Position numbers and translations under genes: made by a program
IMG/VR virus record: IMGVR_UViG_3300042261_001312
Location: 186,001-250,000 of that record
Direction: 5' to 3' (one strand)
Length of the DNA: 64,000 nt
In this document: piece after piece, positions 37,594-46,912 of the stretch
How positions within the stretch are numbered: position 1 is the stretch's first letter
Layout: each line of letters opens with the position of its first letter
Notes under the pieces: model-generated
Told to the model about the DNA's origin: nothing
Databases searched by the model: none
The model's input: the letters and a program-made list of their open reading frames with translations, nothing else

Positions 37594-40167
37594 GTGGCAT
37601 TTATCGATAAAAGAGACCCAGTTGTTTTAAATGTGATGTTAACATCAAAGGGTAGAGAATTACTATCCACTGGTGATTTAACATTTAAGTATTTTGCTAT
37701 TGGTGATAGCGAAATTGATTATGGATTAACAAATGAAATCAATGCTGTTGAAAGTCATTTAAATTATAAACCATATCCATTTGATTTTAGTATAGCAAGA
37801 CCTGTTGATAAAAATCCCAAAATAATTTCATTCATACCCAGAAGTGTGTCTGCTACTACAACTGGTACATTATCTGGTGATCCATATAATTTAATAACTG
37901 CTGTACCAACAGTTCCATTTGAAATCGTTAATAAATCATCATCAATTGGTTTTTTCACGAATACTGGCACAACATTTATTACTGACACCAATCATGTTAA
38001 ACAACCTGATGTGATGATCGATGCATCTACAATAGTGGGTGGTAGAGACTTAGCATTAAGAAAATCACCAACATATGGAACAAATTTTAATGAACCATCA
38101 GTGGGTGATTTATTGTTGATAAAATGGAATATCTATACAAACACAACTGGAAATACAATAAATAAATATTCTCCATCACCATACTTATTTTATCAGATTG
38201 TGGCTAAAACAGGTATGTTAAGTAGCGATAATTTAACTATTACGGTTGATAGAAATTTACCGAATTTCTACGGATTTAATCCAACTGCAAATATAGGTGC
38301 AATTGTTTATTATAATTACATTAATTATAGCGGCGCAACAGTATTTTTAGACACACCTGCAGATTATATATCTAAAAGTGAATTATCTTTTATAAACAAT
38401 TCCGAATGTCCAACTATCATTTTCCCGTATTGGAATATGACAATCATTTATACTGAGGAAATTAGTGGTGTTCAGACTGGAGATAGAAAATACACGCAAT
38501 TTAACAACAAGTCTTTCGGTGGTTTTGTTTCGTACATTCAAAATCAAGCACCAATCAATAAAAAATTGGGTATAATTCATTATACGAATAATTCACCAGC
38601 AAATGTTTATGGCGAAGAATTCTATTTGAAAACTCCCAAGTTGGAAATTCCAACAATAATGTGGCACAAATCTACTGGTGCAACAATGGGTTTAACTTTA
38701 GTTCCGACAGGTGATAGTAAATTATTAACTGGTGAGACCAAATCGTTAAATACCACATATTATGATCTTGCAGATTTGAGTGGAAATATTGTTGGAAAAG
38801 TATTAACTGATTTAAAGATGTTTTTGATTGAAGATCAAGAATTATTGTTTGCTATGTCCTATAAATCAAATAGGTCATGGACTCTTCCTGATTTTCTTGT
38901 TGATAATGTTGGTGCTCCAGTAATTGCACCGCCAACTCCTGAACCACCAATACCAAATACGTCAACAACAACAAGTACGACAAGTACTACATCGACTAGT
39001 ACGACTACAACAAGTACGACAAGTACGTCTACATCAACAACCACAGTGCAACCAAATGCGAAAATATTCATTAATAATGATACCACTTCTGGTGTAATTG
39101 TAACTGGAGTAACGGTTAATAATATTGCAACAACTAACGTATATCCTGTATATCCTGCACATACTGCATTGGCTATATCATATAAATTGGGTACTTGTAT
39201 TATTAAAGTAGGAATTGTTGTTGTAGTAAGCGGTGGAACTATTGATTTCACTGACTCAAACAACATATTGACATCTAAATTAATTACGACTAGTGGTGTT
39301 TACCAGTTTACGGGAATGACATTAACTAATGGTACTACTTTGAATATGTCGTTATACACTGGTGTTGTACCTACTACCACATCAACAACTACGACTACAA
39401 GTACATCTACTACAACTACTAGTACATCTACAACTACGTCAACAAGTACTTCGACTACGTCAACAAGTACAACTAGTACAACTACTTTACCGCCTGCTCC
39501 TACGGTAGATACTCTCACATCAACAGGTTCAACATATACAACTGCAAATGTTAGAGGTGATGTTTTAAGTGCAGGAAGTTTAACTGTTATTGCAAGAGGT
39601 GTTGTTTACATTACTGCTACAGAATATGATAATGGCAACGGTATACCACCAGAAGCAGGAACAAGAGTATATGATGTTACAGGTGGAACTGGTACATTTA
39701 GTTTCTACGTATCAGGCTTAATGAGTGGTACTGAATATGTGTATAAGTCATTTGCAATCAATGAATTAAATAATATTGGATATTCAGATAATACTGAAAC
39801 ATTTACCACATTAGCAGCAACAACAACGACTACATTGCCAGTTGGAACTACAAATTTTAATGCGGGTGTTAGTAACGAAGTGACAGCACCATATACGATT
39901 ACGAGTGTTAAAGCAAATTCAGTAGAATTACTTACACATCCAGTGACGGCAGGTAATGGTGACGTTCATCCAATAATGCCTCAGACAAATGCAACAGTAG
40001 TTGTGAGTTTTACTGGCACATTAACTAGTCCATATACCCAGATAGTTTTGTGGAGAGATAGTGGCACTATAATAAGAAGTATAAATCCAACTGTATTGGC
40101 TGCTGGCTCATATACTTTCTATAATATAACGTATAATAATTTCTTGTGGATTACCTTAGTTCCTTAA
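37594..40167 (+). CDS. tail/baseplate protein, paralogue A: conserved N-terminal ~430 aa, two T/S tracts, FN3/Ig-like distal domains
   Basis: N-terminus nearly collinear with 40198 (LNVMLTSKGRELLSTG...GDSEIDY ... AMSYKSNRSWTLPD); FN3-like SGLMSGTEYVYKSFAIN. Confidence 0.7.
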   Translation: MAFIDKRDPVVLNVMLTSKGRELLSTGDLTFKYFAIGDSEIDYGLTNEINAVESHLNYKPYPFDFSIARPVDKNPKIISFIPRSVSATTTGTLSGDPYNLITAVPTVPFEIVNKSSSIGFFTNTGTTFITDTNHVKQPDVMIDASTIVGGRDLALRKSPTYGTNFNEPSVGDLLLIKWNIYTNTTGNTINKYSPSPYLFYQIVAKTGMLSSDNLTITVDRNLPNFYGFNPTANIGAIVYYNYINYSGATVFLDTPADYISKSELSFINNSECPTIIFPYWNMTIIYTEEISGVQTGDRKYTQFNNKSFGGFVSYIQNQAPINKKLGIIHYTNNSPANVYGEEFYLKTPKLEIPTIMWHKSTGATMGLTLVPTGDSKLLTGETKSLNTTYYDLADLSGNIVGKVLTDLKMFLIEDQELLFAMSYKSNRSWTLPDFLVDNVGAPVIAPPTPEPPIPNTSTTTSTTSTTSTSTTTTSTTSTSTSTTTVQPNAKIFINNDTTSGVIVTGVTVNNIATTNVYPVYPAHTALAISYKLGTCIIKVGIVVVVSGGTIDFTDSNNILTSKLITTSGVYQFTGMTLTNGTTLNMSLYTGVVPTTTSTTTTTSTSTTTTSTSTTTSTSTSTTSTSTTSTTTLPPAPTVDTLTSTGSTYTTANVRGDVLSAGSLTVIARGVVYITATEYDNGNGIPPEAGTRVYDVTGGTGTFSFYVSGLMSGTEYVYKSFAINELNNIGYSDNTETFTTLAATTTTTLPVGTTNFNAGVSNEVTAPYTITSVKANSVELLTHPVTAGNGDVHPIMPQTNATVVVSFTGTLTSPYTQIVLWRDSGTIIRSINPTVLAAGSYTFYNITYNNFLWITLVP
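38959..39045 (+). repeat. Thr/Ser coding tract 4
   Basis: 29 consecutive Thr/Ser codons preceded by a Pro-rich segment. Confidence 0.9.
39373..39486 (+). repeat. Thr/Ser coding tract 5
   Basis: 38 consecutive Thr/Ser codons. Confidence 0.9.
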
Positions 40168-40171
40168 ATTA

Positions 40172-40179
40172 GTATTTAT
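40172..40179 (+). promoter_or_regulatory. GTATTTAT putative late promoter
   Basis: 26 nt before ATG 40198. Confidence 0.7.
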
Positions 40180-40197
40180 TTATAAATTTTCAAAAAA

Positions 40198-42027
40198 ATG
40201 GCATTTATTGATATAAAAGACCCGCTAGTTTTAAATGTAATGTTAACATCGAAAGGTAGAGAATTATTATCTACTGGAAATTTAACATTCAAATATTTCG
40301 CTGTGGGTGATAGTGAAATTGATTATGGTTTTATTAAGGAAGTAAATATCGATGATGCCGAATATTCTGCATATGATTCAACAATTTTACAACCAACGGA
40401 TAAAAATCCAAGGATAATTTCTTTTATACCAAGTTTGCCGTCTGGTGATACATATAACACAATATCAGGACTTACAGCCACATCATATAATGTTACACAT
40501 CAAGTAGAACCAATTGGATTTTTTTCAAGCGGAGCAACTCAATTTATTGTGGATGCAGACCATGTTAAACAACCTGATGCAATGGTTTATGTAAATGGTG
40601 TAACTGGCGGTACTACATTGAGATTGAGAAAAGCACCAACATATGGAACAAGCGGTCAAGAACCAGCAATTGGTGATTTAGTTTTGGTTAAATGGGTGCA
40701 TTATGGACATACAACAGGGTATACTGTAAATAAAAATGTGCCAAGTCCATATTTAACCTATCAAATTATAGGCAAAAGCGGTATGTTGGCAAATGATGAC
40801 CTTACAGTCATTGTGGATAGAAGTCTACCAAATTTTAAAGGATTTAATTATTATAATGGTATTGCTGGTGCAATGATTTATTACAACTTCTCTAACTATA
40901 CTGGAAGCACAATATATAATGATTTAGAAACTGATTATATTAGTGAAAGCGTGTTGTCATTCACTCAAAATAATCAATGCCCAATTCCAGCATTTCCTTT
41001 TTGGAATATGTCAATTGTATATACCAGTGAAATTGCTGGTGTTATGTCTTTTCATAGAAAATATACTCAGTTTGATAGTAGAACGTATGGTGGTTTTGTT
41101 ACATATATACAAAATCAAATGCCAGTGTATGATAAATTAGGTATTATACACTATAGTAATGAATCACCAGCAAACACATATGGTGATGCGTTTAATTTAA
41201 AAACAGCCAGATTGGAAATTCCAACAATAATGTGGCATAAATCTATCACAAGAACATTGGGTGTTACATTAGTACCAACTGGTAGTACTAAGACCTTGGC
41301 AGGACTTGAAACTCAATATTATGATCTTGCAGATTTAAATGGAAATATTGTTGGAAAAGTGTTTATTGATTTGAAAATGTTTTTGATTGAAGATCAGGAA
41401 TTATTGTCAGCAATGTCATATAAATCAAATAGATCATGGACACTTCCAGATTATTATGTTGATGAAAAAATACCTACAACAACCACAACTAGTACAAGTA
41501 CTTCTACAACAACCACAACTAGTACAAGTACTACAAGTACAACCACAACTAGTACAAGTACAACTAGTACGAGCACAACTAGTACGAGCACAACAAGTAC
41601 CTCAACATCAACAACTAGTACAAGTACAACTAGTACAAGTACAACTAGTACGAGCACAACAAGTACTTCAACTACTAGTACGAGCACAACAAGTACTTCA
41701 ACTACTACAACTACATGTGCATTAACATTTAATGCTCCTTCATCTGAAGATGGTAACTTGATAGTTACAAATTCTTCTTCAAGTTTATATCATAACATAT
41801 TTGATTACATCAATATTATATTCACACCAGAGAATGCAATGCAATCATCAGGATATGATGTTTGGTATCAAGTATTCAGAATTAGAAGTGGAATAGGTTC
41901 AATCGTTTTGCAAGATAAGATTACAAATTGTGAAAATGGTGTACAAGCAAATGTATCTCCACAAATTCCTAATACGATTTGCGATGATGAATATTTTGTT
42001 TATTTATACTTAATTGAGCCAGTTTAA
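40198..42027 (+). CDS. tail/baseplate protein, paralogue B: conserved N-terminal domain, 80-aa T/S tract, short distal domain
   Basis: Shares the N-terminal domain with 37594; the two diverge completely after SWTLPD. Confidence 0.7.
   Translation: MAFIDIKDPLVLNVMLTSKGRELLSTGNLTFKYFAVGDSEIDYGFIKEVNIDDAEYSAYDSTILQPTDKNPRIISFIPSLPSGDTYNTISGLTATSYNVTHQVEPIGFFSSGATQFIVDADHVKQPDAMVYVNGVTGGTTLRLRKAPTYGTSGQEPAIGDLVLVKWVHYGHTTGYTVNKNVPSPYLTYQIIGKSGMLANDDLTVIVDRSLPNFKGFNYYNGIAGAMIYYNFSNYTGSTIYNDLETDYISESVLSFTQNNQCPIPAFPFWNMSIVYTSEIAGVMSFHRKYTQFDSRTYGGFVTYIQNQMPVYDKLGIIHYSNESPANTYGDAFNLKTARLEIPTIMWHKSITRTLGVTLVPTGSTKTLAGLETQYYDLADLNGNIVGKVFIDLKMFLIEDQELLSAMSYKSNRSWTLPDYYVDEKIPTTTTTSTSTSTTTTTSTSTTSTTTTSTSTTSTSTTSTSTTSTSTSTTSTSTTSTSTTSTSTTSTSTTSTSTTSTSTTTTTCALTFNAPSSEDGNLIVTNSSSSLYHNIFDYINIIFTPENAMQSSGYDVWYQVFRIRSGIGSIVLQDKITNCENGVQANVSPQIPNTICDDEYFVYLYLIEPV
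41476..41715 (+). repeat. Thr/Ser coding tract 6
   Basis: 80 consecutive Thr/Ser codons, built largely of TTSTS units. Confidence 0.95.
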
Positions 42028-42111
42028 AATGGGGATATTTGTAGATATATCTTGAATACACAAAATTTTTACAAAAAATCAATAAAACATGAATCAATTT
42101 TGAAATTATAA

Positions 42112-42120
42112 GTATTTATA
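42112..42120 (+). promoter_or_regulatory. GTATTTATA putative late promoter of the glycosylation operon
   Basis: 37 nt before ATG 42149. Confidence 0.7.
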
Positions 42121-42148
42121 ATAAATAATAAAAAATTATAAATAACTT

Positions 42149-43171
42149 ATGAAGCAATTAAGATTTGTTAGCGCACAACCTGCAACGAAATATTATGCAT
42201 GGCAGGTAGAAGTGATGATAAATAATTTTATCGAGATGGGTATTAATGCAAATCACATTGATGTAATTGCATGGAAAGAAAATGGCATAATACCTGAAGA
42301 ATGGAGTAAACTTGCCAATAGATACGCAGCAAGATTCTTTTTTTATGATGACACGAGAGATACCAAATATTATGTGTCATCAATCCGACCAAACATATTA
42401 AAACAACATTTTAAAGCACATTCATATTTAAAATATGATGTGATATTTTATCATGATTGCGACATTATATTCACAAAAAATCCAAGAGAATGGATTACCG
42501 ATGAAATGCTAAGTGACGACATTTGGTATGGTTCTGACACTCGCTGGTACATTTCACACTCATACATTAAAAGCAAAGGCGATGATGTGATGAAAAAAAT
42601 GTGTGACATCATGCAGATTGATGAACAAATTGTTGAAGAAAATGAATTAAACTGTATTGGTGCTCAATATCTTATGAAAAATATCGATTATTCGTTTTGG
42701 GATATGGTTGAGAAAGACAGCGAGAAACTGTTTAAGGATGTCACGAATTTAAACACACAAAAGATCATGCTGGATAAAATGAGATTCGAAGAAGAAAAAA
42801 AAGAATGGGAAAAAAATAATCCAGAAGCACTTGCCAAAGGTGAAAAATATTCAAGACCTCTTTATCACGAACTCCAAATTTGGTGTGCAGATATGTGGGC
42901 AGTTCTTTGGGGTGCATGGAGATTAGGATATAAAACAAATTGCCATCCAAATTACGAATTTAGTTGGGCGACATCAAATGAAGAAGAATATCAAAGAATG
43001 AATATCATGCATAATGCTGGGGTTGCATCAGCAAATGAGGGATTGTTTTATAAGGCATCGTATATGAATGAATATCCCTACAATAAAAATTTAACAATAA
43101 GAGAAGGCACTTCCAGTAAAAAATACTACGAGTGGGTTCAAAAAACAGAAAAAATAACAGCATTACAATAA
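42149..43171 (+). CDS. GT-A glycosyltransferase resembling plant peptidyl-serine alpha-galactosyltransferase / hydroxyproline O-arabinosyltransferase (GT96/GT95)
   Basis: Ordered motifs YYAWQ, YVSSIRP, FYHDCDII (DxD), IGAQYLMK, IWCADMWAVLWGAWRLG parallel the remembered SERGT1/HPAT pattern YxxWQ, YxxxNKP, ILDADMI, GG..xM, WxxEMYxYxFGAA.xG. Confidence 0.65.
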   Translation: MKQLRFVSAQPATKYYAWQVEVMINNFIEMGINANHIDVIAWKENGIIPEEWSKLANRYAARFFFYDDTRDTKYYVSSIRPNILKQHFKAHSYLKYDVIFYHDCDIIFTKNPREWITDEMLSDDIWYGSDTRWYISHSYIKSKGDDVMKKMCDIMQIDEQIVEENELNCIGAQYLMKNIDYSFWDMVEKDSEKLFKDVTNLNTQKIMLDKMRFEEEKKEWEKNNPEALAKGEKYSRPLYHELQIWCADMWAVLWGAWRLGYKTNCHPNYEFSWATSNEEEYQRMNIMHNAGVASANEGLFYKASYMNEYPYNKNLTIREGTSSKKYYEWVQKTEKITALQ

Positions 43172-43824
43172 TGGAAAAAATAATACATCAAATATGGGTC
43201 GGTCCTTATGAAATTCCAGAAAGGGAACAATATTTTATCGAAACAGTAAAAAAATATAATCCGACATTTCAACATATGCTATGGAAAGATGATAATTTGC
43301 CAGAATTACCTGAAAAAATTCAAATATTATGTGATGCATTTAAAAAACAAAAAGATTATGCACATATTGCAGATGTCTTGAGAATTTTTTTGGTTAAACA
43401 ATATGGTGGTTTGTATATTGATGTTGATTTTAAGCCGATCAAACCTTTTGATTTGTTTGACAATAATAATAATTCATTATTTGTCTGTTATCATGGTGGT
43501 AATGACTATACAATGCCAAACGGAGTTTTTGGTGGTAAAAAAGATTCGGAACAAGTTAATTTCATTTATGACTTGGTTGATATTAAACTTGGTGGATGGT
43601 ACGGACCGAGTTGGCTCGGTGGCGCAGTCAAAAAATATTTAAATTTAGACTACGAAACTGATCATGAAGTGGTGAAAGAAAAATGTGTTGAGAATAATAT
43701 CGAATATTGCTTATTTCCATTATTTGAACAATATTTTCAACATTTAGCATTATATTCATGGTCGCCAGAAAATAAGAGAAATTTTGAAACAGGTAATATT
43801 AATTATTTAGAATGGACGAAATAG
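43171..43824 (+). CDS. GT32-family (OCH1/A4GALT-like, DxD) glycosyltransferase
   Basis: KIIHQIWVG, AHIADVLRI, YGGLYIDVDF, GP.WL. Start set to ATG 43171 (TAATG overlap). Confidence 0.88.
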   Translation: MEKIIHQIWVGPYEIPEREQYFIETVKKYNPTFQHMLWKDDNLPELPEKIQILCDAFKKQKDYAHIADVLRIFLVKQYGGLYIDVDFKPIKPFDLFDNNNNSLFVCYHGGNDYTMPNGVFGGKKDSEQVNFIYDLVDIKLGGWYGPSWLGGAVKKYLNLDYETDHEVVKEKCVENNIEYCLFPLFEQYFQHLALYSWSPENKRNFETGNINYLEWTK

Positions 43825-44438
43825 AAAAAATATTTTCAGGAGATAATCATCTATATGGTAGAACAGATATAGATACTTTTAGTGTAAGTGGCTGTGGGTC
43901 ACAAATGGATAACTCAACATTAAATGTCAGGGAAAATTTATATAATTTCTTAATTAAATATAATATTAAAAGCATTTTCGATGCACCATGTGGCGATTAT
44001 TGGTGGATGAGACATGTTGATTTAAAGGAAATTGAATATATTGGCGGTGATATAATTACCGAACAAATGAAGAAATTGAATAAGAATTTCCCTGATAAAA
44101 AATTCATAAGATTTGATGTTATTAAAGACAAATTCCCAGATGTTGATTTATTGTTTTGTCGTGATTGTCTATTTCATTTTAGCAAAAAGGATAAAATAAT
44201 GACATTTGAAAATTTTATTAATTCAAACATAAAATATTTGTTAATGAGTAATCATCCATTGAGTACAAATAATTTAGACATTTCCACTGGTGATTTTACA
44301 CACATTAACTGGCAATTATCTCCGTGGAATTTCGGTGAACCAGTTGACATCTTATATGATAGTAATAGTGGATATGATACCAAAGAATTACAATTATATA
44401 CTAAAGAACAAATTTTAAAATATTTAAAAAATGGGTAA
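43812..44438 (+). CDS. class I SAM-dependent methyltransferase (possible glycan O-methyltransferase)
   Basis: SGCGS N-terminal motif, motif I SIFDAPCGD, YIGGDII, FDVI, DLLFCRDCLFHF. Confidence 0.8.
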   Translation: MDEIEKIFSGDNHLYGRTDIDTFSVSGCGSQMDNSTLNVRENLYNFLIKYNIKSIFDAPCGDYWWMRHVDLKEIEYIGGDIITEQMKKLNKNFPDKKFIRFDVIKDKFPDVDLLFCRDCLFHFSKKDKIMTFENFINSNIKYLLMSNHPLSTNNLDISTGDFTHINWQLSPWNFGEPVDILYDSNSGYDTKELQLYTKEQILKYLKNG

Positions 44439-45225
44439 GAAAGTAAGTTTTGTCTGTACGACATATGGAAGATTTTATTGTGTTAGGCGCATTGTTGCAC
44501 AATATCATGCACAAACATATCAAAATAAAGAATTAATTATTTTCAATCAAGATATGGAACATCCTTTTGAATTAGGTTTTGAAGATGATTCAATCATTGT
44601 CATCAATAATGATACAAATTACATAACAGGAATGTTATATACAAATAGAGGTGATATTTGTAGAGATGCTGTAACACATGCAACTGGTGATTATTTCATG
44701 TTGGCTGATGATGATGATATTTATTTACCTTGGCATTTACAACAGGCTGTTGAAGGTATTGAGGAAATGGGTACAGATGCATGGAAACCTGAAAAAAGTT
44801 TATTCGCTGTTGCTGATAGAGTTGAACTTTGCCAAAATACTATGGAAGCAAGTGTCATTATTAAAATGGATAGAATCAGAGAAATTGGATTTAGAAATGA
44901 TTTAACTGGTTACGAGGGATTGAGTTGGTATACCAAATTAAGAGACGAAAAACAGTTATTGGAAAATAATAAAAATTATATTCCGTCATATTGTTTTAAT
45001 TGGAGTGATCCTTCTGAAATTGCTGGGCATAAACAAAGTGGTGACATTGACAACCCAAATAATTTTGAAAATCATAGAAGAGCCAGTTGTGATTATGCAA
45101 CAGAACCATTAACGCCAATTACCGCAGATGAATTGGTAAGCGTATATGAAAAGTATTTTAATTGGTTGAGAAATAACCAAGATAAAATTAATAAAGATTA
45201 CTATGTGAGGTATTTTGATAATTAA
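44431..45225 (+). CDS. GT2-family glycosyltransferase
   Basis: VSFVCTTYGR...QTYQNKELIIFN...ATGDYFMLADDDDIYLPWHL. Confidence 0.88.
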   Translation: MGKKVSFVCTTYGRFYCVRRIVAQYHAQTYQNKELIIFNQDMEHPFELGFEDDSIIVINNDTNYITGMLYTNRGDICRDAVTHATGDYFMLADDDDIYLPWHLQQAVEGIEEMGTDAWKPEKSLFAVADRVELCQNTMEASVIIKMDRIREIGFRNDLTGYEGLSWYTKLRDEKQLLENNKNYIPSYCFNWSDPSEIAGHKQSGDIDNPNNFENHRRASCDYATEPLTPITADELVSVYEKYFNWLRNNQDKINKDYYVRYFDN

Positions 45226-45238
45226 ATTTAGATTATCA

Positions 45239-45247
45239 GTATTTATA
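45239..45247 (+). promoter_or_regulatory. GTATTTATA putative late promoter
   Basis: 22 nt before ATG 45261. Confidence 0.75.
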
Positions 45248-45260
45248 GAAAAAAATAAAT

Positions 45261-46013
45261 ATGGCAGACGGATATTCAATATTTACGACATACATTTTAG
45301 TACCAACAGGAACGACATCAGGTTTAGGTTATAATTATAGTGAAGCAATTCATTGCAACTATATTAAAAAAACGCAATCAACAATTGCCAATCAAAGTAT
45401 GGGTCAAATTACTATTAATTTCCCCAATATCAGTGATTTTAAATTTCTGAGTGATGACCCTGTTAATAATACTGGATATACGGCAAATAAAATATATGCA
45501 TTGGTACAAATTATAAGTAATAGTGGCTATACAAGCATTGATGAAGTAAAAGCAATTTCTACTGAATGGAGAATGGTTGATATTACAAATCAAATTCCCA
45601 CACATACCGATGGAAATGCATTAACCGCAGCAGAATTGACAAGTGTGGTATTTAAAGTTCCATTCAATAATTATTATAGTTATCCAATATATAATTTAAA
45701 TTATCTCAATTATCCAACAAAAGAAGTTGGAGATGATGATAAATTGTCTTTTGGTGACGAAATTTATTTTTTTGGTAATGTTTCCACTGAAATAAAAGCA
45801 ATTGCATATACAACAGACCTTTCAATTAATTTACCTTTAAATCAATTCAATTCATCTACGAATAGCACTTGGACACAAGATGATAGCGTAGCAATTAGTG
45901 AAATTGGAATTTATGATGCCAATAAGAATTTGGTTGCTATTGGTAAATTAAATAACCCAATTTTAAAAGACGAAACAATCGCCAGAACTATAGTTTTCAA
46001 CATTGATTTCTAA
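45261..46013 (+). CDS. tail/baseplate structural protein
   Basis: C-terminal ISEIGIYDANKNLVAIGKLNNPILK resembles the EIGL(F/Y)D..G.L(I/V)A module of tail-fibre attachment/collar proteins. Confidence 0.6.
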   Translation: MADGYSIFTTYILVPTGTTSGLGYNYSEAIHCNYIKKTQSTIANQSMGQITINFPNISDFKFLSDDPVNNTGYTANKIYALVQIISNSGYTSIDEVKAISTEWRMVDITNQIPTHTDGNALTAAELTSVVFKVPFNNYYSYPIYNLNYLNYPTKEVGDDDKLSFGDEIYFFGNVSTEIKAIAYTTDLSINLPLNQFNSSTNSTWTQDDSVAISEIGIYDANKNLVAIGKLNNPILKDETIARTIVFNIDF

Positions 46014-46060
46014 TTATAGAAAAAAAATCATAAAATTTTACTATTTTTTATAAATTCTTA

Positions 46061-46068
46061 GTATTTAT
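46061..46068 (+). promoter_or_regulatory. GTATTTAT putative late promoter
   Basis: 41 nt before ATG 46102. Confidence 0.6.
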
Positions 46069-46101
46069 TATAAATTATTAGAATATTAGTTTATAATAAA
46101 C

Positions 46102-46299
46102 ATGAAAGAATTATTAACACTTGACGAAACAAAGCCAAAGTCTATTATTATAGATGGAAATCTACATAATAGATTTAAAATGCTATGTAAGGGAAAAAGC
46201 ATGAAGATTGGCGGGGTTATTGAAGATTTAATTAAATTATACTTAAATAATTCAAAAGTAGTACAAAAAATGATAGATGAGCACAAAGAAAGTCTATAA
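46102..46299 (+). CDS. small ribbon-helix-helix-like DNA-binding protein
   Basis: KSIIIDGNLHNRFKMLC...IGGVIEDLIKLYL fits the strand-helix-helix (CopG/Arc/ParG) pattern. Confidence 0.6.
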   Translation: MKELLTLDETKPKSIIIDGNLHNRFKMLCKGKSMKIGGVIEDLIKLYLNNSKVVQKMIDEHKESL

Positions 46300-46300
46300 T

Positions 46301-46912
46301 ATGGAAAAATACATATGGTCTTTGGATATAAGCACCACAAATATTGGTAGTGCATTGTGGGATTCTAAAGGAAAATTGATTGAATTAAAACACCTTGAAT
46401 TGAAAACTGATAAGAATGTGCCAGTTGAGGATAGAGATATTCATAAGGCAGAAATCTTCAGAAAATATGTTCATGAATATAAGGAACGAATCTTGAATGA
46501 ACTAAATGGTGAAATTATTCATATTGTTGTTGAAGAACCTCTTGGTGGAAGCAACAATGCGAATACTGTTTCACTATTGTATGGATTTAATGGCATTTGT
46601 AGATATATTTTGTATATGGCATTCGACAAATACCCAATGAAAATTTCCGTACATGATTCACGAAAGTTATTCTGTCATGAATTGGTAAAAGTGAGTTTTA
46701 ATAAGAAAGGTGAAAAATCTGAAGTATTATCGTTCCCAAAAGAATATATTAAGGATAAAAAGTTGTATATCTGGAAAAAAGTTTGTAAATTAGAACCCCA
46801 AATTGAGTGGTTTTACAAGAAAGACGGTCAACCAAAAGATATGAATTACGATATGAGCGATTCATATTGTGTCGGCTATGCTGGACTGAAGACACTGGGG
46901 ATAATAAAATGA
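46301..46912 (+). CDS. ruvC: RuvC-like Holliday-junction resolvase
   Basis: IWSLDISTTNIG (D1), IVVEEP (E), DMSDSYC (DxxD). Start set to ATG 46301. Confidence 0.75.
   Translation: MEKYIWSLDISTTNIGSALWDSKGKLIELKHLELKTDKNVPVEDRDIHKAEIFRKYVHEYKERILNELNGEIIHIVVEEPLGGSNNANTVSLLYGFNGICRYILYMAFDKYPMKISVHDSRKLFCHELVKVSFNKKGEKSEVLSFPKEYIKDKKLYIWKKVCKLEPQIEWFYKKDGQPKDMNYDMSDSYCVGYAGLKTLGIIK

Noticed and set aside
27204-41687. Long Val/Leu-rich minus-strand ORFs (27204, 29678, 30377, 39300, 41454) that look like membrane proteins
   Set aside because: They are antisense shadows of the Thr/Ser tracts: ACN/AGT codons read as V/L/D/E with no stops. They have no leader, promoter motif or independent domain.
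37594-42027. Diversity-generating retroelement behind the paralogous variable tips
   Set aside because: There is no reverse transcriptase in the window and no template/variable repeat pair differing only at adenines; the distal domains are unrelated.
42042-42080. Possible terminator or promoter between paralogue B and the GT operon
   Set aside because: Only weak AT pairing, and GATATTTG does not match TAnnTTTG; not supportable.
46301-46912. RuvC-fold ORF as TnpB/Cas12-like effector
   Set aside because: Only about 203 aa, with compact resolvase motifs, no zinc finger or REC/WED region, and no adjacent ncRNA or array.
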